Shown here: positions 55,715 to 64,000 of the stretch, piece by piece
Layout of the letters: every line of letters starts with the position of its first letter
Numbering within the stretch: the stretch's first letter is position 1
DNA from: Nitrospirota bacterium
GTDB lineage: Bacteria > Nitrospirota > Thermodesulfovibrionia > Thermodesulfovibrionales > Dissulfurispiraceae
Length of the DNA: 64,000 nucleotides
Direction: 5' to 3'
NCBI GenBank assembly: GCA_040758355.1
Contig: JBFLWF010000006.1
Coordinates: 32,001 to 96,000 of the forward strand
The notes under the pieces: generated by a model
Database searches by the model: none
What the model saw: the letters and a program-made list of their open reading frames with translations, nothing else
What the model was told of the DNA's origin: nothing
Made by a program: the position numbers and the translations under genes

Positions 55715-55821
55715 TAAGCCTTCAAACCTAAGGGCAATAACAGTACAAGATTAAACTTGCCAAAGATTTAGCATATCCTGTAAAATAATATTCTAAATCT
55801 TATTTTTCAGGAGGTTTTACG

Positions 55822-56022
55822 TTGAAAGAGGGAATACATCCGAATTATAAAGATGTAAAGGTCAGTTGCGCCTGCGGCGAGACATTTACAACCAAATCAA
55901 CAACGGATAATGTCAGAGTTGATATATGCTCAAAGTGCCACCCGTTCTTTACCGGAAAGCAAAAGCTTGTGGATGCTGAAGGAAGGGTGGATAAGTTTAA
56001 GAAGAAGTACGCAAAGAAATAG
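55822..56022 (+). CDS. rpmE: 50S ribosomal protein L31
   Basis: [21 protein letters not shown]. Confidence 0.96.
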   Translation: MKEGIHPNYKDVKVSCACGETFTTKSTTDNVRVDICSKCHPFFTGKQKLVDAEGRVDKFKKKYAKK

Positions 56023-56031
56023 CATAAATTG

Positions 56032-56075
56032 AGGGGTTAGAGGCAGTGGATTGGTTTGCGCTCTAACCCCTTTTT
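56032..56075 (+). terminator. Hairpin with U-tract after rpmE
   Basis: GGGGTTAGAG...CTCTAACCCC-TTTTT. Confidence 0.6.
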
Positions 56076-56089
56076 ATTGGAGAAACAGG

Positions 56090-56986
56090 ATGAAAAACAT
56101 AGGTGGTCAGGCAGTCATAGAAGGCGTGATGATGAAGTCTCCTGCTGGTTGGAGCGTGGCCGTAAGGGATGCAAAGGGAGAGATAAATCTCAAGATGGTC
56201 AGGACAAAGAAAATGCCTGCTCTTTTTAGGCTGCCCCTTATCAGGGGGGTGGTAGGGCTTTTTCATGCCCTTATGATCGGAGTAAAAGCTATTGAGTTTT
56301 CCGGCAGCGTGGCATATCAGGAGCAGGAAGGGGATAAACCAATTAGTCCGTGGGGATTGGGACTATCCATAGGTCTTGCCATTATCCTCGCAATAGCCCT
56401 TTTTAAATTCCTTCCGCTCTTTCTGACGACCCTGATAGGCAATGTAGTTAAAGGTGTTTCGAATAATTCGTTGCTGTTTAATTTTACTGATGGATTTATC
56501 CGCGTTGGAATATTTCTCTTTTACATATTTGTCATCGGCCTCTGGAAAGAGATGAGGCGGGTATACCAGTATCATGGTGCTGAACACAAGGTCATTTACG
56601 CTTACGAGGCAGGGGAAGATCTCACTGTCGAAAATGCAAAGAAATATAAACCTTACCACCCGAGATGCGGAACCAGCTTTTTATTAATAGTGATGGTTAT
56701 CAGCATAATGGTATTTCTCCTGATACCGAAGGACTGGTCTTTTGTCGATAAACTCGTATCAAGGATTATCTTAATACCGGCCATAGCAGGGCTTTCATAC
56801 GAAGTGCTCAGGTTTTCCGCAAAGAGGAAGAATAATCCGGTGGTAGGATTGATGGTTTTTCCCGGCCTTTTGCTTCAGAGAATGACTGTGAGGGAGCCCG
56901 ATGAGTCACAGATAGAGGTCGCATTAGCCGCCATGAATGAGGTTTTAAAAATAGATAGGGATAAAGAGGTTTGCAGTCAATGTTAG
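56090..56986 (+). CDS. DUF1385 membrane protein
   Basis: [26 protein letters not shown]. Confidence 0.92.
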   Translation: MKNIGGQAVIEGVMMKSPAGWSVAVRDAKGEINLKMVRTKKMPALFRLPLIRGVVGLFHALMIGVKAIEFSGSVAYQEQEGDKPISPWGLGLSIGLAIILAIALFKFLPLFLTTLIGNVVKGVSNNSLLFNFTDGFIRVGIFLFYIFVIGLWKEMRRVYQYHGAEHKVIYAYEAGEDLTVENAKKYKPYHPRCGTSFLLIVMVISIMVFLLIPKDWSFVDKLVSRIILIPAIAGLSYEVLRFSAKRKNNPVVGLMVFPGLLLQRMTVREPDESQIEVALAAMNEVLKIDRDKEVCSQC

Positions 56987-58041
56987 AGAAGTTGCTGACA
57001 ATAGAGGAAAAATATGATGAGATAACTGCTGCCCTCACCAATCCAGAGGTATTGTCCAATGCCCAGGCATATCAGAAGTATTCTAAGGAACAGGCAGAGC
57101 TTATGCCTATTGTGGAGAAGATCAAGGAGTATAAGAAGCTGCTGACAGACCTTGAAGATGCAGAGGAAATACTGAAAGGCGGAGACGGCGACCTGAGGGA
57201 ATTGGCACAGGCGGAGATGGAAGATATTAAGAAAAGAAAACCTCTTATAGAAGACGAGCTTAAGATAATGCTCCTTCCAAAAGACCCGAGGGATGAAAGG
57301 AACGTCATCCTCGAAATAAGGGCAGGCACAGGCGGAGAGGAGGCAGCGCTTTTCGGAGCATCGCTCTTCAGGATGTATTCAAAATATGCAGAAGCAAGGC
57401 GGTGGAAGATAGAAGTGATCGATTCAAGCCCCACAGGTCTCGGCGGATTAAAGGAGATAATAGCGAATATTACGGGAAAGGGTGCATACAGCAGGCTTAA
57501 ATACGAAAGCGGCGTGCACAGGGTTCAGAGGGTGCCTGTTACAGAGGCATCGGGCAGGATTCATACATCCGCTGCCACTATTGCTGTTCTGCCTGAAGCA
57601 GAGGAACTTGATATAAAGATAGAAGAAAAGGATTTGAGAGTAGACACCTTTTGCTCTTCAGGCGCAGGTGGACAGAGCGTCAACACGACATATTCGGCGG
57701 TGAGGATTACGCATATCCCTACCGGACTCGTTGTGCAGTGTCAGGACGAGCGCTCGCAGCTTAAAAACAGGGAAAAGGCTATGAAGGTATTGCGTTCCCG
57801 CCTCCTTGAAATAGAGACCGAGAAAAAGCAGAAGGAGCGCGCCATGGAAAGGAAGACGCAGGTTGGCACTGGAGACAGGAGCGAGAGGATAAGGACATAC
57901 AACTACCCGCAGAACAGGGTGTCAGACCACAGGATAGGCCTTACGCTCCATAAGCTTGAGCAGGTACTTGAAGGAAATCTCGACGAGATTGTCGATGCCT
58001 TAATTACCCATTATCAGGCAGAGAGACTGAAGGAGTTGTGA
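56980..58041 (+). CDS. prfA: Peptide chain release factor 1
   Basis: GTGGEEA, PVT, GGQ. Confidence 0.97.
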   Translation: MLEKLLTIEEKYDEITAALTNPEVLSNAQAYQKYSKEQAELMPIVEKIKEYKKLLTDLEDAEEILKGGDGDLRELAQAEMEDIKKRKPLIEDELKIMLLPKDPRDERNVILEIRAGTGGEEAALFGASLFRMYSKYAEARRWKIEVIDSSPTGLGGLKEIIANITGKGAYSRLKYESGVHRVQRVPVTEASGRIHTSAATIAVLPEAEELDIKIEEKDLRVDTFCSSGAGGQSVNTTYSAVRITHIPTGLVVQCQDERSQLKNREKAMKVLRSRLLEIETEKKQKERAMERKTQVGTGDRSERIRTYNYPQNRVSDHRIGLTLHKLEQVLEGNLDEIVDALITHYQAERLKEL

Positions 58042-58067
58042 TTGGCTTGCTATCCGAATTTTTTAAT

Positions 58068-58370
58068 TTATACAGCATTTGCATACACCCTTACCTCTTG
58101 CTCCAATCTTTTGCCGAGTTCCTCAGCAGTGACATCTAAATCATACTGTGATTGCAGTCCGAGCCAGAATTCGGCGGATGTTCCAAAGAACCTTGCAAGC
58201 CTGAGAGCGGTATCGGCAGTAATTCCGCGCTTGCCGAGAACAATTTCATTGATTCTCCGCGGTGGCACGCCAATACTAAGCGCAAGTCTGTTTTGACTTA
58301 TACCCATTGGCTTGAGAAATTCTTCCAAAAGAACTTCGCCAGGATGTACGGGATGTAGCTTTTTTTTCAT
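58068..58370 (-). CDS. higA: HigA antitoxin
   Basis: HPGE.L.EEFL.P, ITADTALRL..FFG....FWL.LQ. Confidence 0.93.
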   Translation of the reverse strand: MKKKLHPVHPGEVLLEEFLKPMGISQNRLALSIGVPPRRINEIVLGKRGITADTALRLARFFGTSAEFWLGLQSQYDLDVTAEELGKRLEQEVRVYANAV

Positions 58371-58381
58371 AACCCTCCTCT

Positions 58382-58663
58382 CTAATGATAGTCAGTTATT
58401 TCCACGTCATGCGCATCACCTTCTTGCCAGGTGAAGCAGATACGCCATTGGTCATTAATCCTGATGCTATATTGTCCTTCACGGTCGGCTTTTAGTTTTT
58501 CCAGCCGGTTCGCAGGTGGTATCCTCAAATCATTAAGATTTTTTGCGTTATTTATCATACGTAATTTCCTTAATGCAACTTGCTGAATATCTCGCGGTAA
58601 TTTGTTTGATCCCTCTCGACTATATACCTTCTCTGTTTCATTGTCCCTAAATGATTTTATCAT
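58382..58663 (-). CDS. higB: HigB toxin
   Basis: MIKSF, PP.NRLE.L, YSIRINDQWRICF. Confidence 0.93.
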   Translation of the reverse strand: MIKSFRDNETEKVYSREGSNKLPRDIQQVALRKLRMINNAKNLNDLRIPPANRLEKLKADREGQYSIRINDQWRICFTWQEGDAHDVEITDYH

Positions 58664-58744
58664 TTATTGTAATTTTATAACGGGAAGCGTTAAACGTCAA
58701 GAGTTATTTTTGGAGGCGGTTTGGTGAGAAATACGGTATTTCAC

Positions 58745-58802
58745 AGATAATGACTGAATTAACGGGCGGCTACTCGCCGTCCCCTTGAATGACTCGTTAG
58801 AT
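58745..58802 (-). mobile_element. Integron attC site (R' degenerate)
   Basis: ATCTAAC-GAGTC-ATTCAAGG-GGACGGC-GAGTA-GCCGCC-CGTTAAT-TCAGTC-ATTATCT shows R''-5-L''...L'-6-R' spacing; GTT is changed to ATT. Confidence 0.8.
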
Positions 58803-59067
58803 GTTTCTTTGATTCAAATCTCAGGGGATATTTTTCAGGATGTTCGAGATTGTCAATTTCAAGGTCAACATCCAAATCAGGCCAGTATAAATGATAGCCA
58901 TGAAGCAATTGAACATTTTGTATTGAACTCAATGTCTGGTCTTTAAAATATGGATAATCCTTATAGCTTAGAAAATATTCCTTTTCTTTAACATACAGCC
59001 ATATGCCGAAAGGCGTTATGTTTTCAACGCTTACTGAAATGCCTTTGCCATGTTTTAGCGATTTCAT
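58759..59067 (-). CDS. DUF2442 protein (DhiA-like)
   Basis: GIWL....KEYFL.Y..YP.F...HL.WP.LDVDL......PE.YPL. Confidence 0.85.
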   Translation of the reverse strand: MKSLKHGKGISVSVENITPFGIWLYVKEKEYFLSYKDYPYFKDQTLSSIQNVQLLHGYHLYWPDLDVDLEIDNLEHPEKYPLRFESKKHLTSHSRGRRVAAR

Positions 59068-59266
59068 TTTTGTGCTCCTCAACGATTTTTTGAATTTCGT
59101 TCAATCTTTTTGGGTTCAGCCCATGAGATACAGCCAATGAGACTATGGGCTCTATCCAAAATTTAGCCTCTCCATCAGCGCATGTCACATGAATATGGAT
59201 TCTGTCCTCTTCGTTTGAGAGGAAATAAAATCTATACCCTTTTTCTCTGAAAATCGAAGGACTCAT
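59024..59266 (-). CDS. DUF4160 protein (DhiT-like)
   Basis: MSP.IFR..GYRF.F.S.EE.R.HIHV....GEAKFW. Confidence 0.88.
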   Translation of the reverse strand: MSPSIFREKGYRFYFLSNEEDRIHIHVTCADGEAKFWIEPIVSLAVSHGLNPKRLNEIQKIVEEHKNEIAKTWQRHFSKR

Positions 59267-59329
59267 TCTAATTAATATTTAATACAATTCTTGCAGTTTT
59301 TGCAATATAACTACAGAAATCAGTTTTAT

Positions 59330-59386
59330 TAGGGACAGCGCCCGTTTTCTGATTCTGGTCTCAACTTTAAATAGTCGCTGTCCCTA
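59330..59386. repeat. 11-bp inverted repeat (GGGACAG family)
   Basis: TAGGGACAGCG ... CGCTGTCCCTA. Confidence 0.65.
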
Positions 59387-59485
59387 TTTACCTATTTTTA
59401 TAAAAACTGAACTTTTGTCTTGCGGGCACGACAGCAATTCGGTATAATGATAAATATTTATTAATATGCGTATTCGTGATAATTT

Positions 59486-59937
59486 ATGAACGACAATAAT
59501 TTGAATGGATTTAAGGGTTATCTTATATCCAAATCAGCGGTTAATGAGAAATATGCTCCATATTATGTGAGGTGGGTTTCTTCCTGCTATGCCTTTGTCA
59601 ACCAATCGCTTTCAGATGTTTTAACTAATGGACAGAAACAAGATTTTCTAAAACATTTCGCAAAGAATCATGAAGATTGGCAGGTAAAACAGGCTGAAGC
59701 AGCGCTCCTGCCTCGCTGCAAAAGGCGTTTAAAGCCGCTGCGGCAGAAGCGGGAATTATCAAGCAAGCCTCAGTACATACTCTAAGGCATAGCTTTGCCA
59801 CGCATCTGCTCGAAAACGGATATGACATCAGGACGATTCAGGAATTGCTCGGACACAGGAATCTTCAAACCACTATGATTTATACTCATGTGGCTACTAA
59901 AAATGTCCTCGGCGTCAAAAGTCCACTGGATAAATAA
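59486..59937 (+). pseudogene. intI: Integron integrase with a large internal deletion
   Basis: N-terminus (YYVRWV...[10 protein letters not shown]) is joined out of frame near 59706 to SLQKAFK.A...[34 protein letters not shown]....TTMIYTHV......V.SPLD. Confidence 0.88.
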
Positions 59938-60905
59938 TGACCGCCATTGACAAACTGAAAGAGGTTTCGGCCTTTCTTGAATCTAAAGGCATCGAAGACT
60001 CTGCAAAAGAGGCTGAGATGCTTATAACAGAAACACTCCACATCGACAAATCAAAACTTTATGCCGGCAGTTTAGAAATATCAGAAGATACATCAAAGCA
60101 AATAGACACACTCACAGCAAGGCGCGCAAATGGCGAACCCATTCAATATATTATCGGGCATGTGGATTTTTATGGGCTGAAAATAAATGTTGGGAAAGGG
60201 GTCCTTATTCCGAGACCAGAGACAGAGCTGCTTGTGGAAGAAGTCATTAAAGCAATCAGCAATCAGCAATCAGCAATCAGCAAAGAAAAACTGTCGTTTT
60301 GCTGTCGGCTGACGGCTGACGGCTGTAAGCTACACATCCTCGACCTCTGTACTGGCAGCGGGTGCATTGCCATTGCAATTGCAAAGCACTTTCCAGATGC
60401 CGATGTTTACGGAGTCGACAAATCAGATACCGCCATTCAGTATGCAACTCGAAATGCAACTGAAAACAATGTAAGGAATGTTCATTTCATAAAAGGTGAT
60501 TTATTTAGTATCTCATGGGACAGTCCCGAATCTACGACGCCTATCGGCGTCCGTAATTCTGGGACAGTCCCCATGTTCGCTGTTCACTATTTTGATTGCA
60601 TAGTCTCAAACCCGCCTTACATAAAAACCGATGATATTCAGAATCTACAGAGAGAGATAAAGGATTATGAGCCTGTTGATGCCCTTAACGGAGGAGAGGA
60701 CGGACTTGATTTTTATAGAAGGATATTCGAAAATGCTCACAAATTTCTCAAGGAAAATGGCATAATCATCCTTGAGATTGGCCATGACCAGGCAGATGAT
60801 ATGGAAAAAATAGCTATGAATGCAGGCTTTAAAAATGTTACTTTTATAAAGGACTATGCAGGGATAAAGAGAATATTTATAGGGAGGAAAAATGAGGCTA
60901 AGTAG
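59937..60905 (+). CDS. prmC: Release factor glutamine methyltransferase, with two in-frame repeat insertions
   Basis: LIPRPETE, LDLCTGSG, SNPPY. Confidence 0.94.
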   Translation: MTAIDKLKEVSAFLESKGIEDSAKEAEMLITETLHIDKSKLYAGSLEISEDTSKQIDTLTARRANGEPIQYIIGHVDFYGLKINVGKGVLIPRPETELLVEEVIKAISNQQSAISKEKLSFCCRLTADGCKLHILDLCTGSGCIAIAIAKHFPDADVYGVDKSDTAIQYATRNATENNVRNVHFIKGDLFSISWDSPESTTPIGVRNSGTVPMFAVHYFDCIVSNPPYIKTDDIQNLQREIKDYEPVDALNGGEDGLDFYRRIFENAHKFLKENGIIILEIGHDQADDMEKIAMNAGFKNVTFIKDYAGIKRIFIGRKNEAK

Positions 60906-61668
60906 AAAGATTTTATTGATTTTAAGCCTTTTGTTATTCCTTGAAGCGCATGTCTTTGCAGTTGAAAAGACAATGATATACGGCCTGGGTACAAAGAAAA
61001 ATATGCAGGCAGAACTTATCATGCCCGATGGTAAAGGCCCTTTTCCCGGCGTCCTGATAGTGCATACGAGCGGCGGTGTGCAGGATGGCGATATTAACTT
61101 CGCAACACAACTGTCAGAGCAGGGATATGCCTGCCTCATCCCTTATTATTTCGATGCCTATGGCATTTCTCATAATACGAGGCATCTTATAACAACACGA
61201 TATGCAGAGGATGTCTTTGCGGATCTTGCTGATATGCTCGAATATTTGAAGAAAAATCCTAAAGTGAAGGCAGATAGACTCGGAGCGGTCGGATTTTCAA
61301 TGGGAGGATACTGGGCCCTTGTACTGGCTGCAAAAAATAGAGTAAAAGCAGGCGTGTCATATTACGGAGCACTTACCGGCGGAGGCAAGAATCTGGATTT
61401 AAAATACAGGTTTGATGATGTATTTAACAGAGACAGTTCTCCGGTTTTAATTCTTCACGGCTCTCAAGACTCTGTAGTGTCTGCAAGGCATGCAGCTAAC
61501 CTCGCTGTGCTGCTCGATGAAAAAAAGAGTCTTTATGAATTGAGAATATATATCGGCGCCGAACACCGCTATGAAAGGGCGCCAAACAGGGATGAGGATG
61601 CTGCCAACGATAGCTGGAAAAGGACACTTGAATTTTTTAAGAAGTATTTAAAAGGAAATAAATTATAA
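60892..61668 (+). CDS. Secreted dienelactone hydrolase-family protein
   Basis: Signal peptide, GFSMGG, LHG..D..V, GAEH. Confidence 0.85.
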   Translation: MRLSRKILLILSLLLFLEAHVFAVEKTMIYGLGTKKNMQAELIMPDGKGPFPGVLIVHTSGGVQDGDINFATQLSEQGYACLIPYYFDAYGISHNTRHLITTRYAEDVFADLADMLEYLKKNPKVKADRLGAVGFSMGGYWALVLAAKNRVKAGVSYYGALTGGGKNLDLKYRFDDVFNRDSSPVLILHGSQDSVVSARHAANLAVLLDEKKSLYELRIYIGAEHRYERAPNRDEDAANDSWKRTLEFFKKYLKGNKL

Positions 61669-61677
61669 GGAGAGCCT

Positions 61678-62319
61678 GTGGAACTGCTTGCAAACTTCAT
61701 TGACATCTTCATGCACCTCGATAAGCATTTAAGCCTTGTCATTCAGAATTACGGGACGTTGACATATGTAATCCTGTTTCTTATTATTTTCTGCGAAACA
61801 GGCCTTGTAGTTACACCTTTCCTTCCAGGAGACTCGCTGCTTTTTGCTGTCGGCACCTTTACAGCAATAGGTGCACTCGATGTCTCTGTTGTTTTTGTCC
61901 TTCTCACAATAGCTGCAGTAGCAGGAGATACAGTGAACTATTGGATAGGAAATTTTGTGGGACCGAAGGTTTTCCATAAAGACGATGTGAGGTTTCTGAA
62001 TAAAAAACACCTTGAGCGCACCCATCGGTTCTATGAAAAATACGGAGGCAAGACAATAATCATAGCGAGGTTTGTCCCAATTATCCGCACATTTGCTCCG
62101 TTTGTGGCAGGCGTAGGAAGCATGACCTATGGACGTTTCCTCAGCTACAACATCATAGGCGGCATTTTATGGATTGCTGTCTGTGTTTTTGCAGGATATT
62201 TTTTTGGTAACATTCCTGTTGTAAAACAGAACTTCAGCATCGTTATTTTAGCCATTATCTTTATTTCAATCATGCCCGGGGTTATCGAGTTTTTACGTCA
62301 CCGCTATAGGGCTTCGTAA
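61678..62319 (+). CDS. dedA: DedA-family membrane protein
   Basis: ETGL...[23 protein letters not shown]. Confidence 0.93.
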   Translation: MELLANFIDIFMHLDKHLSLVIQNYGTLTYVILFLIIFCETGLVVTPFLPGDSLLFAVGTFTAIGALDVSVVFVLLTIAAVAGDTVNYWIGNFVGPKVFHKDDVRFLNKKHLERTHRFYEKYGGKTIIIARFVPIIRTFAPFVAGVGSMTYGRFLSYNIIGGILWIAVCVFAGYFFGNIPVVKQNFSIVILAIIFISIMPGVIEFLRHRYRAS

Positions 62320-62320
62320 A

Positions 62321-63910
62321 ATGAGCGCCAAGGGCAAGATAGCAAGAGCTGCTGGACTGATGTCCATTGCAACCTTTATAAGCCGCATCCTCGGCTATGT
62401 AAAGGACATGATCCTTGCGCGGTATTTTGGTGCAACCGGAATCGCCGATGTCTTTTTTGTTGCCTTCAGGATTCCCAATCTTTTGAGGGAGCTTTTTGCA
62501 GAAGGCTCCATGTCCTCTGCCTTTATACCTGTTGTTACAGAATATCAGACAAAGCACGGAAGGGCTGAGGCAAACAGGCTTGTAAGTTCAACATTCATAT
62601 TCATCCTAATTTTTGTGGGTATAATTTGTGCCCTCGGAATAATCTTCGCACCTGCCATTGTTTCTGCAATCGCACCTGGATTTTTAAAAGAGCCTGAAAA
62701 GTTCTCCAACACTGTTCTTCTAACGAGAATAATGTTTCCGTTTCTTCTGTTTATCAGCCTTGCTGCATTGACAATGGGAGCTTTAAATGCGAGGGGTGTT
62801 TTTTTTATTCCTGCACTGGCGCCTGCAATGCTTAATATTGTGATCATTGTCTGTGTTTTAACGCTATCAATGCAATTCACCGATCCCATTGTTGCCGTTG
62901 CCATCGGCGTAACTGCAGGTGGACTCGTACAGTTTTTAATTCAGGTTCCGTCTTTTTTTAGGCAGGGATATACATTAGGGTCAAGGGGCTGGCATCCGGG
63001 ACTGAAAAGAATAGGTCTCCTCATAATCCCTTCCACTGCCGGACTCGCAGTTGCCCAGATTAATATATTCATAAGTACAATCCTCGCATCATACCTTGCT
63101 GAAGGAAGTATTACCTATCTTTACTATTCAATGAGATTGATCCAATTTCCTATAGGAATATTCGGTGTAGCAATGGGCATGGCAGTGCTTCCTGCCCTTT
63201 CAGAGCATTCTGTGAAGGGCGAAATGGAAAAGGTAAAAGAAGATTTTTCCTTTGCGCTGAGGCTGCTGTTTTTTATTACAGTGCCTGCAATGATCGGCCT
63301 AATAGCATTGAATGTCCCTATTGTAAGCACCCTTTTTCAGAGGGGTAAGTTTGAATATGCTGCGACTATAGGCACATCGGATGCCCTTATGTTTTACTCA
63401 CTCGGGATATGGGCTATTGTGGGAGTCAGGGTTATCGCTGCAACTTTTTATTCCATGCAGGACACAAAAACTCCTGTGAAGGTGGCTGCTGCAGCAATGA
63501 TAATCAATGTGATATTCAGTCTTCTCTTGATGAAGCCTATGAAGCACAATGGCCTTGCCTTTGCCAATGCCATTGCATCGGGCTGCAATTTTGTATTGCT
63601 GTTTTATTTCCTCAGAAAGAGGCTTGGAGGCATAGGGACAAAGAGGATACTGAACTCCTTTACAAAGACATTTATTGCATCTGCAATCATGGGACTTGCA
63701 GGATGGTTTATTGCCAGAAATGAAATATGGTCAATAAGTGAAGTATGGACATTGAGCGGATACGGGCTTAAGAAGGCAATATATCTCGGCTCGGCAATAA
63801 TAATCTGCGGTGTAATATACATGTTCCTTTCCTATTTACTAAAGAGTGAGGAGTTGGGTTATATTATAAAGAGAGTAAAAGAGAAATTAAGGAGAAGGTA
63901 TGCTGATTAA
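62321..63910 (+). CDS. murJ: Lipid II flippase MurJ
   Basis: SRILG...D, AFRIPN.LR.LFAEG, LFQRG.F. Confidence 0.95.
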   Translation: MSAKGKIARAAGLMSIATFISRILGYVKDMILARYFGATGIADVFFVAFRIPNLLRELFAEGSMSSAFIPVVTEYQTKHGRAEANRLVSSTFIFILIFVGIICALGIIFAPAIVSAIAPGFLKEPEKFSNTVLLTRIMFPFLLFISLAALTMGALNARGVFFIPALAPAMLNIVIIVCVLTLSMQFTDPIVAVAIGVTAGGLVQFLIQVPSFFRQGYTLGSRGWHPGLKRIGLLIIPSTAGLAVAQINIFISTILASYLAEGSITYLYYSMRLIQFPIGIFGVAMGMAVLPALSEHSVKGEMEKVKEDFSFALRLLFFITVPAMIGLIALNVPIVSTLFQRGKFEYAATIGTSDALMFYSLGIWAIVGVRVIAATFYSMQDTKTPVKVAAAAMIINVIFSLLLMKPMKHNGLAFANAIASGCNFVLLFYFLRKRLGGIGTKRILNSFTKTFIASAIMGLAGWFIARNEIWSISEVWTLSGYGLKKAIYLGSAIIICGVIYMFLSYLLKSEELGYIIKRVKEKLRRRYAD

Positions 63911-64000
63911 AAATATAGTGGTCGGTCCCCTTGAGGTTAACTGTTTTGTTGTTGCAGATGAGGGGTCTAAAAAGGCAGTAGTGGTTGATCCCGGCGACGA
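63900..64000 (+). CDS. MBL-fold metallo-hydrolase, partial
   Basis: MLIKNIVVGPLEVNCFVV......AVVVDPGD. Confidence 0.8.
   Translation, partial: MLIKNIVVGPLEVNCFVVADEGSKKAVVVDPGD

Overview
Chromosomal window from an anaerobic, Gram-negative dissimilatory sulfur-metabolising bacterium; Thermodesulfovibrionia (Nitrospirota) is my guess from gene content and cannot be proven here. The backbone carries LPS glycosyltransferases, moaA and pal-cpoB; a DRTGG/anti-sigma kinase/PHP/HATPase cluster with a sigma-54 two-component regulator; a sigma-54-driven HydABC/Hnd-like oxidoreductase operon with receiver-domain fusions and a molybdopterin-fold subunit lacking its Cys/Sec ligand; fdhD, pilB-pilT, tRNA-Phe, rtcA, tRNA-fMet and rdgB; adk-sat-aprBA-qmoABC-hppA; a CheR/hybrid kinase/HD-GYP operon (cheR frameshifted); and rpmE-DUF1385-prfA-prmC, dedA and murJ. 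Accessory DNA: (1) a ~10 kb defence island (11.3-21.3 kb) with a DpnII-type R-M system, an OLD nuclease and a WYL protein, flanked on both sides by toxin-antitoxin modules separated by decayed copies of the same gene 3' ends (a methyltransferase/'AVYL' locus on the left, the DpnI C-terminus on the right); (2) a decayed integron between prfA and prmC with two TA cassettes; (3) a family of tandem-G.A hairpin elements, two long (~165-170 nt, covarying) and two short; (4) many heptamer/octamer inverted micro-repeats, some inside intact ORFs. All calls come from reading the sequence; no database searches were run.
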